In this document: piece by piece, positions 1 through 8,845 of the stretch
Layout: the number at the start of each line of letters is the position of its first letter
Position numbering within the stretch: position 1 is the stretch's first letter
Assembly: GCA_039026975.1 (NCBI GenBank)
Contig: JBCCLI010000001.1
Location: forward strand, 1 to 59,262
Origin: Bacteroidota bacterium
Lineage (GTDB): Bacteria > Bacteroidota > Bacteroidia > J057
Direction of reading: 5' to 3'
DNA: 59,262 bases
Notes under the pieces: model-generated
What the model was told of the DNA's origin: nothing
What the model saw: the letters and a program-made list of their open reading frames with translations, nothing else
Database searches by the model: none
Program-made: the position numbers and the translations under genes

Positions 1-332
1 AGGGAAGCAGAAAATCCAGTAACATTCAGCACCTCTTTAACCTGACTTAGGGGAAGCGCTTTTTCGCAGGCAAAGAGTTGGAGATTTTCATAGGCAGAAA
101 GCTCTTGATAGAATCCTACCCCCTGTAAGAGTAAGCCTGGCTGAACAATATGGGTAATCTCTCCGGACTGAAGTGGTTGGATCCTGGAAAGAAGGGAGGT
201 AAGAGTAGTTTTACCCGAGCCGTTCTCGCCAATCAGTCCATATATTTTTCCTGCTTTCAGGACAAAGCTGGCATCCTCAAAAATGACTTTATCAGCATAT
301 GAATGGCCAATGTTGTGAACTCTTATATCCAA
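1..332 (-). CDS. ABC transporter ATP-binding protein, N-terminal part (gene runs off the window start)
   Basis: Reverse translation from TTG at 330-332 gives (M)DIRVHNIGHSYADKVIFEDASFVLKAGKIYGLIGENGSGKTTLTSLL... with Walker A GENGSGKTT. An in-frame stop at 342-344 limits the start. The frame stays open to position 1. Confidence 0.8.
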   Translation of the reverse strand, partial: MDIRVHNIGHSYADKVIFEDASFVLKAGKIYGLIGENGSGKTTLTSLLSRIQPLQSGEITHIVQPGLLLQGVGFYQELSAYENLQLFACEKALPLSQVKEVLNVTGFSAS

Positions 333-477
333 ATTTTTGGGCTATGAGATAGGGCTTATTAATCAGTTAGATTAATTCTGTAAAGCTAACCGCTAGAGGG
401 AAATTAAGTTTTTGTATTAAAGTCCGGATCAGTAATTCTAATTTGAACGCAGCTAAGGAATCGACTACTAGGAGGCT

Positions 478-693
478 TTAAGCACAAATCTTCTCAACCT
501 CAACAACTACTCCATTCTCAAATTTTATTCGCAGAGTTCCATCTTCCCAAGCTAAGAAGCTCCCACGCTGGCCTAGATAGTACTTTATAGTACAATTACC
601 ATCTTCACAGTCTTCCCAATTTGAATTTCCAGCTAGTGAATTGCTTCCAAGAATGAGTTTAATATCAGCAACAGAGGTTCCCCTCCAATTCAT
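478..693 (-). CDS. small hypothetical protein with a BamE/SmpA_OmlA-like (DUF3862-like) fold pattern; possibly the 3' remnant of a disrupted lipoprotein gene
   Basis: 71-aa ORF with no signal peptide of its own. The pattern ...VADIKLILGSNS...C...Y....G...A......I.F.NG.V... resembles small BamE-like lipoprotein domains. The same frame continues upstream through two stops to a signal-peptide-like start at 852. Confidence 0.45.
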   Translation of the reverse strand: MNWRGTSVADIKLILGSNSLAGNSNWEDCEDGNCTIKYYLGQRGSFLAWEDGTLRIKFENGVVVEVEKICA

Positions 694-908
694 AATTTCT
701 TAGAAGACTATTGACCATTTTCCATCTTTTCCCATATCTTCTTCTCCTTCACTCTAGTGTCCCCATTCATGTGCATCAAAAGGGCTTCTACAATAAGTAA
801 CTAAAGCAAGAAAAGAGTCCATTATAAGGAGGTAGTACAGGATGTACTTCATTTATTAATGAAAAGTCGATTTATCTAAATCTAGTTTAGGCTAGAACTG
901 GTATCTAT

Positions 909-3056
909 TTATGATAAACTAAACCACTTCCTCACGGTCCATTCTATGGCCATAAAGGCCAGGAGGAGCACCATCAGCCATTCCAGATGATCAAAGGAGA
1001 CACGTGTTTCTTTGAAGGCAGACTTGGGAACCAGATTAGGGATGGCATTTAGCTTTTCCGGCAGGGAGGCTAAATCTTTAGCATAGATAAATTCTCCCCC
1101 TGTCCGTAAGGCTATCTGCTGCATGAGGTCTTTATCTGCTTGGAGGGCATAATGCTCCACGTTAGATTTTCCTACAGAAAACTGTCCCCTGTCTGTACCT
1201 ACTCTCACATTATTTTTTCTCCCTTCCGCTACATAGGTGTAAGTCCCTTCTGCTAGGCCATTTTGTTCCAGAAAGTATTGGGCAGGATTCACCTCATTGA
1301 GAAATAGTTCTTCTTCCGTCCCATCTGGAATCTGTAGGGTCATTTTTATCTCAACCCCATCTAAAGGATTATAGCTATCATCATAAGCCTGCCCTTTAAA
1401 TATAGCCGGCTCGTCCCCAGAGAATAGTTTCTTGGATGGCCTCACACTGAATTTTTTCCTGTCGTCATCTGCCATGAGCCACTTCACGTTATTGAATAGC
1501 CACTCATCAAAGAGATCAAAATTCTCTATCTCCAGGAAGCTATGAGAACGCATACGCCAGAAATTCTCTCCCAGGAAGGTCATATTCTTCTTGCCCAACT
1601 GATTTTGGAGGGCATATACAGGATAATCCAGTACAATGTTTTTAATCTTAGCGGTAGCCATCACCTCCGCATTTCCCCTGGCAATCCATTCAGAACGATT
1701 CTGGTAGAGGGGAGGGGCAGAATTAGCCCATTTTAACCAGGTATCATTAAAGGTGTAAGTAGAATGTCGCTGATAGGCAGGGAGAAACTGCATGGTAATT
1801 TCTTCTCTTCTGGGAGAAATAGAAGTAGGGACCAAGGCCATATGATCCATAACAGGCCGCAGGGTTCTCAGGTCTGTAAATGCCCCTACAAAGCACATAA
1901 AGGGCTTATTCTCTTCCTTAATAGATTGGAGAATTTGGCTTACCCAAAACCTATCAGCTGTACTTTGGGGATAATTATGAAGAATTAACAGATTAGCTTC
2001 TGAGATGGCTTCCCGAGTAGGCTTTTCATAGTAAGTCCCAGGTTCTCTTAAGACAAACTCCATCAGCTCGTACCTATCCTCTCGCTCAAAGGCCTTCTTG
2101 ATAGCACCTATGTCTGGATGGGGTGATCCTCCAAACAAGGCAATTTTTACCCTTGTCTCCAGTACATCTATAAATATGCTCCTACTGTTATTACGGTAGG
2201 TAATTTCATCCGCCAGTCTACTCACCCTAATTTCATATCTCTGAAGACCTATTTCTTCTGGCTTAACAGAGAATTTCACTTCCCCTTGAAGTTGGTTAGC
2301 ACCCAGGTTTAGCCTCTTAGTATCAAGCACCTTTTTTCCCTGTGATAGGCTCACCTGTAGGGGCGCACGATCAAAGCCATCTACGGCTATTCTTACCTGG
2401 ATAGGCATTTCACTCTCCAAATACCCTATTTCATTGTATAAGACTTCCTTAATATAGACATCAAGCTGAGGGGTAGTATCTCCTAGCAGGACAGTATATA
2501 CAGGCTGAGTAAAATTCTGGGCTTCATATAGCGGATTTTTACCAGCAGTGGTGATCCCATCAGAAATCATGACTACGGCCCCCAGGTTCTGGTTTTGGTA
2601 GAGCTTTCTCACCTCTGATAAAGCTTTAGCAGCATTAGTACCTGTACGGTTAAAGGAAAGGGAGTCTGTAGAAATATCTGGAATCAGATCTTCTGCAAAG
2701 CCAAAAACACCTAAGTCTACTTGCTCATTTTGTAAGCCAGCTAAAAACTGGGTTAAGAGGGAAGGATATTCCTCTTTCACAAAGGAGGAATCCTTTTGAA
2801 TAACCAGACTTTCAGATACATCTTGAACCACAGCTATGATGGGCGCATAAGTGATTTTATTGAGGTAATTGATGAGCGGCTGAAGCAGCAAGGCTGTTAT
2901 GATACTCAGTAACAGAAACCTGATAGTGCTTAGCCCTATCTGCCATGGTCTTGACAGAAATTCTCTAGAATCCTTGTATAAAAACCAGGTAATAATGCCG
3001 GCAATCAGCAAAATGGGAATTAACCAGAGCGGGGAGTATCCAAATGTTAATTTCAT
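909..3056 (-). CDS. membrane protein with an N-terminal double-TM segment and a vWA-like domain (BatA/aerotolerance-related type)
   Basis: 715-aa ORF with two N-terminal hydrophobic helices (PLWLIPILLIAGIITWFLY; IRFLLLSIITALLLQPL). It has a MIDAS-like DxSxS (QDVSESL), then GAVVMISDGITTAG, and a C-terminal TM helix (LEWLMVLLLAFMAIEW). Confidence 0.6.
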   Translation of the reverse strand: MKLTFGYSPLWLIPILLIAGIITWFLYKDSREFLSRPWQIGLSTIRFLLLSIITALLLQPLINYLNKITYAPIIAVVQDVSESLVIQKDSSFVKEEYPSLLTQFLAGLQNEQVDLGVFGFAEDLIPDISTDSLSFNRTGTNAAKALSEVRKLYQNQNLGAVVMISDGITTAGKNPLYEAQNFTQPVYTVLLGDTTPQLDVYIKEVLYNEIGYLESEMPIQVRIAVDGFDRAPLQVSLSQGKKVLDTKRLNLGANQLQGEVKFSVKPEEIGLQRYEIRVSRLADEITYRNNSRSIFIDVLETRVKIALFGGSPHPDIGAIKKAFEREDRYELMEFVLREPGTYYEKPTREAISEANLLILHNYPQSTADRFWVSQILQSIKEENKPFMCFVGAFTDLRTLRPVMDHMALVPTSISPRREEITMQFLPAYQRHSTYTFNDTWLKWANSAPPLYQNRSEWIARGNAEVMATAKIKNIVLDYPVYALQNQLGKKNMTFLGENFWRMRSHSFLEIENFDLFDEWLFNNVKWLMADDDRKKFSVRPSKKLFSGDEPAIFKGQAYDDSYNPLDGVEIKMTLQIPDGTEEELFLNEVNPAQYFLEQNGLAEGTYTYVAEGRKNNVRVGTDRGQFSVGKSNVEHYALQADKDLMQQIALRTGGEFIYAKDLASLPEKLNAIPNLVPKSAFKETRVSFDHLEWLMVLLLAFMAIEWTVRKWFSLS

Positions 3057-3103
3057 GTATTAAGCTGAGCTTATGTTTGTGTGCGCCTCCCAGCCTCTCG
3101 GCT

Positions 3104-3853
3104 TTAGGCCATAACCATTCCTCCATCTACATTAAAGACTTGGCCGGTTATATAGGAAGACATATCAGAGGCTAGAAAAACACATAGGTCTGCCACATCC
3201 TGCGTACTTCCGGCACGCTTAAGAGGTATACCCTCTAACCAAGAATTTAGTTCTTTTTCAGGTAGACTTTTAGTCATCTCAGTAGCTATAAAACCAGGCG
3301 CTACTACATTAGCACGAATATTTCGGGAACCATATTCTCTTGCAATAGATTTTGTGTATCCTATCATCCCTGCCTTGGAAGCGGCATAGTTAGCCTGACC
3401 TGCATTCCCTTGTAATCCCACAACAGAGCTCATGTTGATGAAACAACCACTTCTCTGCTTTAGCATAATTCTCTCTACCGCCTTAGTAGTGTAGAAAATG
3501 CTATTCAGGTTGGTTTCTATCACTTTGGTCCATTGCTCTTGACTCATTCTCATATGAAGGGTATCAGCCGTGATCCCTGCATTATTTACCACTATATCTA
3601 TTTTACCTGCCTTCTCTTTTAAATCTTCCACTAACTGCTTAGTGGCATCAAAGTCAGCAGCATCTGACTGGTAACTGTACACTTTCTGTCCTTTCGCTTC
3701 AATCTCTTCTACCAGGCTTTCCGCTTTTTCTACAGAAGACCTAAAAGTAAAAGCTATGGTAGCGCCCTGATCTGCAAAAGTCAGCGCTATAGTCCTTCCT
3801 ATCCCTCTGGTAGCTCCCGTAACTAAGGCTACTTTATCAGCAAGTAAGTTCAT
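3104..3853 (-). CDS. fabG: 3-oxoacyl-[ACP] reductase (SDR family)
   Basis: Motifs VTGATRGIGRTIA (TGxxxGIG), NNAG and YAASKAG (YxxxK). The ORF-track start at 3880 is a TTG; the ATG at 3853 (MNLLADKVALVTG) gives a typical ~249-aa length. Confidence 0.9.
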   Translation of the reverse strand: MNLLADKVALVTGATRGIGRTIALTFADQGATIAFTFRSSVEKAESLVEEIEAKGQKVYSYQSDAADFDATKQLVEDLKEKAGKIDIVVNNAGITADTLHMRMSQEQWTKVIETNLNSIFYTTKAVERIMLKQRSGCFINMSSVVGLQGNAGQANYAASKAGMIGYTKSIAREYGSRNIRANVVAPGFIATEMTKSLPEKELNSWLEGIPLKRAGSTQDVADLCVFLASDMSSYITGQVFNVDGGMVMA

Positions 3854-3959
3854 AGTATCCGTTAAAAGATGTGTGGTCAAAATAAGGCCTCAAATATAGA
3901 AAAAGTCCTCTGTGGGAAAAATTTCTGTTTGCTAGATGAAAGACTTATCCCTACAAACA

Positions 3960-4415
3960 TCAGGAAGATTCCGTAGTATGCGCATTTTGGAGACAAGACC
4001 ATATCAGATCAAAGTCCTCCCAGTCCTCTCTTTTTAGGGTAATTATTTGGTCCAGGAAGGTAAGGGAGATCCTATCCCCTTCATGACGAGCGTTAGCATA
4101 TCTAAGGGGGAAAACATGATTATGTGGCTGGTACTGGATTTCATAGAGAGAAATGAGGGAGAAATGAGACTCCAGGAAGAAGATCTCCGCATAGGTACGC
4201 TTGAGCTTAGCGTAGGCAAACACATTTCCCAGTCCCATAGCTGATAAGGCCCCAATAAGCCCCAGCCAAAGAATGCTTTGTCCTGAAGCTACCCGTATGA
4301 TGATGGCCAGCATGAGCACAAAAAAGAAGATCCCATAATAATAGATCGCAAATTCCTGCAACATCCAGAGTTTATTGCGGTGGGAAGGAAAATGCTTAGA
4401 TCTAAAACGGGTCAT
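3960..4415 (-). CDS. hypothetical membrane protein
   Basis: 151-aa ORF with two adjacent hydrophobic helices (AIYYYGIFFFVLMLAIIIRV; ILWLGLIGALSAMGLGNVFAY) followed by a soluble ~80-aa tail. No recognisable family motif. Confidence 0.5.
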   Translation of the reverse strand: MTRFRSKHFPSHRNKLWMLQEFAIYYYGIFFFVLMLAIIIRVASGQSILWLGLIGALSAMGLGNVFAYAKLKRTYAEIFFLESHFSLISLYEIQYQPHNHVFPLRYANARHEGDRISLTFLDQIITLKREDWEDFDLIWSCLQNAHTTESS

Positions 4416-4431
4416 CTATGTATACATTAAC

Positions 4432-5361
4432 TTATTCAAAATGGGTAGGTATCTCTCTTATACCCTGAAGCCACACTTTTGTTGGCATGCGTTTACGACC
4501 TGCCAACTGTAATTCAGTTATTTCCAGCCACCCGTCTGCTGCCTTTACAAACAGCTGGTCTTGCAGCACCTTAATCATTCCGGTCTCTCCTTCTTCCTTT
4601 AACTCTGACAGTTTACTGAAGAATATTTTCAGCTGATTTCCCTCCAAGGTAGTCCATGCGGTAGGAAAAGGAGATAGTCCTCTTATAAAATGATAGATTT
4701 TTTCTGAAGATTGGTCCCAAATAATTCTACAGTCCTCTTTAAAGATTTTGGGAGCATGATGCTTGAATAGGGAATCATCCTGCTGCTTAGGAGCTAATTT
4801 TCCTGAGGCTATTCCTTCTATGGTTCTCATGACTAATCCGGCACCTTTCACCATCATCTCATCATGTAGGTCTCCCGCAGTCCATTCTAAGGGAATTTCC
4901 ATAGACTCTTGTAGGAGAATATTCCCGGTATCTATTTGCTTATCTATGAAAAAAGTAGTCATGCCTGTCTGGCGTTCCCCGTTGATTAGCACCCAATTTA
5001 TAGGGGCTGCTCCTCTGTAGTCAGGCAGTAGGGCTGCATGTAGGTTGAAGGTGCCTATCTTAGGGAGTTCCCATACCATCTGCGGGAGCATCCTAAAAGC
5101 TACTACCACCATGAAGTCTGCCTCCAACGCTTTCATAGCCTCCACAAAGTCAGGGTTCCTCAGTTTGACGGGTTGAAATACTGCCAAGTCCTCCGCCTCC
5201 GCATATTTTTTCACGGGAGAACTTTGTAGCTTTCTCCCCCTTCCGGCAGGTTTATCAGGTGCAGTGACCACTCCTACTACCTCATGATCAGACTCCTGAA
5301 TGGCTGTTAGCGTAGGAACAGCAAAGTCAGGCGTTCCCATGAAAATAATTCGCATGCTCAA
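4432..5361 (-). CDS. fmt: methionyl-tRNA formyltransferase
   Basis: MRIIFMGTPDFAVP..., HAALLPDYRGAAPINW, 309 aa with the typical C-terminal OB-like domain. Confidence 0.92.
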   Translation of the reverse strand: MSMRIIFMGTPDFAVPTLTAIQESDHEVVGVVTAPDKPAGRGRKLQSSPVKKYAEAEDLAVFQPVKLRNPDFVEAMKALEADFMVVVAFRMLPQMVWELPKIGTFNLHAALLPDYRGAAPINWVLINGERQTGMTTFFIDKQIDTGNILLQESMEIPLEWTAGDLHDEMMVKGAGLVMRTIEGIASGKLAPKQQDDSLFKHHAPKIFKEDCRIIWDQSSEKIYHFIRGLSPFPTAWTTLEGNQLKIFFSKLSELKEEGETGMIKVLQDQLFVKAADGWLEITELQLAGRKRMPTKVWLQGIREIPTHFE

Positions 5362-5452
5362 AGCTACTGACGGAAACTTCTTCTCACAAGTTTTGACGCT
5401 TTCTCTCTAAATATTGGTTACTTGCGGCATGATACAACCATATTCGCTAGCA

Positions 5453-6070
5453 ATGTCCAAAGAGGAACTAGCTAATAGCCTAACACATGGAGTAGGCATT
5501 CTACTGGGTCTCATTGCTATTCCATTTCTTGGAGCTAAGGCTATCATTGTAGGGAACCTACCTGCTATTATAGGCGCAGGTCTATTTGGACTGGGATTTA
5601 TGATGGTGTTTGGCTTCTCCACTCTCTACCACAGCATAGTTCAGCCTGATATTAAACAGGTATTTCGTATCCTGGATCATATTGCTATTTACTTTATGAT
5701 AGCGGGTTCCTACACCCCATTCATTCTATTATACATGCCCAGCACCTCAGGCTATAGCATCCTGGCTGCTCAATGGGTCCTCACCCTGGCAGGTACCGTT
5801 TTTAAAATCTTTCTTATAGGAAGATATAAGTGGTTCTCCACCATCGTTTATCTGGCTATGGGCTGGATGATTGTGTTGGTCATTGTTCCTTTTATCAACA
5901 GCATCCCGGCCCTTTCCCTTTGGCTCATTGTATCAGGAGGTATCCTATACACAGTAGGAGTGGTATTTTATAAATGGTACAGCCTCCCTTATCACCACGC
6001 CATTTGGCATGTATTTGTGCTGGCAGCCAGTATCTGCCATTTTATAGCAGTTTGGATAGCCGTGAAGTGA
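5453..6070 (+). CDS. hemolysin III / PAQR family membrane protein
   Basis: ANSLTHGVG, HIAIYFMIAGSYTPF, HHAIWHVFVLAAS, seven hydrophobic segments. The ATG at 5453 (MSKEEL) is preferred over the TTG at 5414. Confidence 0.85.
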   Translation: MSKEELANSLTHGVGILLGLIAIPFLGAKAIIVGNLPAIIGAGLFGLGFMMVFGFSTLYHSIVQPDIKQVFRILDHIAIYFMIAGSYTPFILLYMPSTSGYSILAAQWVLTLAGTVFKIFLIGRYKWFSTIVYLAMGWMIVLVIVPFINSIPALSLWLIVSGGILYTVGVVFYKWYSLPYHHAIWHVFVLAASICHFIAVWIAVK

Positions 6071-6132
6071 GGCAGAACCTTGAATTAGCCTGGGCTCAAT
6101 AAAAATTGAGATAAAGAGAAGACCGTTATTTC

Positions 6133-8361
6133 CTACTGCATGCTACTACCTATATCATCCAATTGTTGTTGGATACCCTGTACTATGGGTTCATAGATGG
6201 CTGGTTTTATTTCAGCAAGACTCTGATAAGCTGCTAAGGCCTGCTGATAGGTTTCAGAAGCTTTTTCCTTATTTTTCATTTGCAGGTAAATTTCTCCCAA
6301 CTCCTGAAGTTTTTTGGCTAGGTTTTCTTCTAGGGAGGAGGCCTCTGAGCTACCACTTCTTGTAGCTGTAGGAGGGACTTCCTTGGGTTGACTTTCCCAT
6401 TTTTTCTTAGCTGCATTCAGTTGAGTCTGGGCTTTCTTTACGGCAGCTCCGTACTTGCTAGGATTATCACTAGCTAGCTCTTGGCGGTAGGCCAGTGCTT
6501 TTTCATACCCACTTACAGATTCTCCATACTTCTTCAATTTATAATTGGTAGCTCCTATATTGTAGTAAGCAGTTGCAGCAGAAGAGGCATAGTTTTCAGG
6601 CTCTGTTTCTGCTAAACGTTCGTACCATGCAGCAGACTTACGAAAGCTGGAATCCGCATCTTCATACTGCTTTTGTTTAAAGTAATAACTAGCTAGTAAA
6701 GAATAATTTAAGGCTACAGTTGCATCAAACTGTCCGGGTCTTCTCTTTTGTAGTTTTAAGCTCTCTATTACGGACTCTTGGAAGGCCCCTAAGCCCTCTT
6801 CATGCTCATCATTATCACGATATAGCCTGCCCATACTTTTTAGGCTCCAAATTACATTCAACCCATACCGCAGTGGATTTTTTTGCACGAGTTCCCTTCT
6901 CAATCTTAAGGCCTCCAGTCCGGTAGCATAGGCTTTTTCTCTCAACCTACTTTTAGCTCTATACTCCTCAGAAAGATTACTTAAAGCATAAGAGAGATTC
7001 AGTCTTATTTGCTCATCAGTGCTATCAATCTCCCATAAAGCGCGGTTAATTTTCAACGCTTCTTCATAGCTCTTTATGGCCTCATCCACCTTTTTATCGC
7101 GTCCATAGATCACCCCTAGATAGTTATAGGTCTCTGCCAGCGTACTGGCATAGCGGATAGAATCTATTTCTACTAGCTCCTTTTGGATAGACATAGCCTC
7201 TTTATGCTTGCTGATAGACTTATCATACTTTTCTAAGGTGGTGAAGGTAGTCCCTATATTGGTGAGGGTTTCTGCTACTTTAGCTTTTTGGGCCATGCCA
7301 CTGGAATCAGTCCCTATCAGGCTATTTCTAATGGCTAAGGCCTCATCATACTTCTCTATTGCCTTTGTGTAGTCTTTATTTTCCTGCCAGTACATCCCTT
7401 GAAACTGTAGGGCTACAGCCTCCTCCTGCTTGGTAGAAGCCCGCTGCTTCAACTGCTGCGTATATTTCCCAAAGTCAGTAGTTTTTATCTTTTGCTGATC
7501 TACCAGAAACTGGCAAAGTGCCGCTAAGGACCCAAAGTCCTCTTCCTCGGCTCCTGAGGCCCGTGTAAGGTATGACTCTGCCCTATCAAACTGGCCATCT
7601 GTCATAGCCATATCCGCAGCCCTCATAAGGGAGTTTACATCTACCTGATTATAATGGTGCAGCTTGGAGACACTATCCACCCGCTGATTAATTCTGGATA
7701 TGATGGTATCCGGGTCTAGTACGCTCAGGGCAGAATCTACTTCCCCTTGTTGGTACAGACTGATAGCACGGTTTAGGTCATCCGGATTGGCAGCCAGGTT
7801 CATGCGAGCTATCTCTGCCGCTAAAGACTGGATTTGTTTCTCAGCCTCTTGTTTTTGGAGATCCAGTTCATCTAATTTTTTAGCGAGAATTCTCCTGTTG
7901 GTGACTTCCTTTCTGAGCGCCCGCTCTTTGGCATCAAATCTTTCCTCCAGATTAAGATTAGCTTCTTTAGAAAAATAGGCTATTCTTAGGTCTTCACATT
8001 CAGCTTCTGGACATAAGTAAATCTCAAGTTGGTAATTAGGGTCATCGGGATTATCAGGAATAAGGGTCTTCAACTCATTATCATTAATGACCTTAAATCC
8101 CCTTTTGGTCAGTTTTAGCAGTACCTCTGAGCCAGGCTTTTGCGGCCACGTTAAGGTAAATTCTCCATTACTATCTGAGGTTTTAGTCGAAGAACCAGCT
8201 GCCCTTACCCTTACATTGGCAGCCACCTCTTTATTTGCATCAAATCCTCTATAAATGGTCCCTTTTAATTTTGCCCCTTGGGCATAAAAGAGTTGTGGCG
8301 TAACTGTTAGGAAAAAACCAACTATCAAAAACGTAATTCGGGCTAACATGCTATTTGGCAT
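6133..8361 (-). CDS. secreted/periplasmic TPR-repeat protein with an N-terminal carboxypeptidase-regulatory-like beta domain and a coiled coil
   Basis: 742-aa ORF with a signal peptide. It has a GTIYRG...VRVRAAGSSTKTSDSNGEFTL beta-sandwich-like block, a coiled-coil (LDELDLQKQEAEKQIQSLAAEIA), and many 34-aa A/Y/L-patterned repeats (YDEALAI, YEEALKI, YEKALAY, YQQALAAY). Confidence 0.6.
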   Translation of the reverse strand: MPNSMLARITFLIVGFFLTVTPQLFYAQGAKLKGTIYRGFDANKEVAANVRVRAAGSSTKTSDSNGEFTLTWPQKPGSEVLLKLTKRGFKVINDNELKTLIPDNPDDPNYQLEIYLCPEAECEDLRIAYFSKEANLNLEERFDAKERALRKEVTNRRILAKKLDELDLQKQEAEKQIQSLAAEIARMNLAANPDDLNRAISLYQQGEVDSALSVLDPDTIISRINQRVDSVSKLHHYNQVDVNSLMRAADMAMTDGQFDRAESYLTRASGAEEEDFGSLAALCQFLVDQQKIKTTDFGKYTQQLKQRASTKQEEAVALQFQGMYWQENKDYTKAIEKYDEALAIRNSLIGTDSSGMAQKAKVAETLTNIGTTFTTLEKYDKSISKHKEAMSIQKELVEIDSIRYASTLAETYNYLGVIYGRDKKVDEAIKSYEEALKINRALWEIDSTDEQIRLNLSYALSNLSEEYRAKSRLREKAYATGLEALRLRRELVQKNPLRYGLNVIWSLKSMGRLYRDNDEHEEGLGAFQESVIESLKLQKRRPGQFDATVALNYSLLASYYFKQKQYEDADSSFRKSAAWYERLAETEPENYASSAATAYYNIGATNYKLKKYGESVSGYEKALAYRQELASDNPSKYGAAVKKAQTQLNAAKKKWESQPKEVPPTATRSGSSEASSLEENLAKKLQELGEIYLQMKNKEKASETYQQALAAYQSLAEIKPAIYEPIVQGIQQQLDDIGSSMQ

Positions 8362-8516
8362 TAAGGGTAATATGGTTTTCCCAAGATAACATATTCCTGG
8401 CTTTCTGAATATCCCTAGCCTGGTATAAGCAGTAGGCCACCCTAGCTGGCAGGTAACGAACTAAGATGGGAGGATAAATGGATGAAATCCCCTATTTATG
8501 CGGCTTTTGAGGCAAG

Positions 8517-8563
8517 TGGATAGGCTTCTAATATTTGGTAAGTTTCACATGGATAGGCTTCTA
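8517..8563. repeat. perfect 14-bp direct repeat TGGATAGGCTTCTA x2, start-to-start spacing 33 bp, in a 484-bp intergenic region
   Basis: Copies at 8517-8530 and 8550-8563, read directly from the sequence. They lie 155-200 nt upstream of the TPR gene start (8361, minus strand). Further GGATA-containing words occur nearby (8471-8485, ~8615, ~8693). Confidence 0.6.
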
Positions 8564-8845
8564 CTCTTTCTGAAGGAATAGTATGTGTAGTGCTAATATT
8601 TTTTCCACCATGCTTGGATAAACCGCTATTCCTCAAGCTCTCATTACATCAACCCCTTTCCTGGATTTTTTTATATGGAGCTATGATTTCCACGGATACT
8701 ACTTAGCGACTTGTCTCTCCCTTTTCCATCATAAATGACAACTCCCATGAGATTTGCTTATCCTCAGAAGTAGTACACCAACCTACCAGGAAATGAAGAC
8801 TACCGTACGCATTAGGAACATTTGCCTAACTGCCTGTTACCTAGT

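Noticed and set aside
757-771. HExxH-type motif (HEWGH) in the 32-codon N-terminal piece of the disrupted lipoprotein frame, suggesting a zinc metalloprotease.
   Set aside because: It is a five-residue match in a short linker right after a signal peptide, with no surrounding metalloprotease context. It is most likely chance.
5407-5622. 71-aa minus-strand ORF overlapping the 5' end of the hemolysin III gene.
   Set aside because: It is antisense to a well-supported PAQR-family gene, is Pro/Arg/Ala-rich and has no motif.
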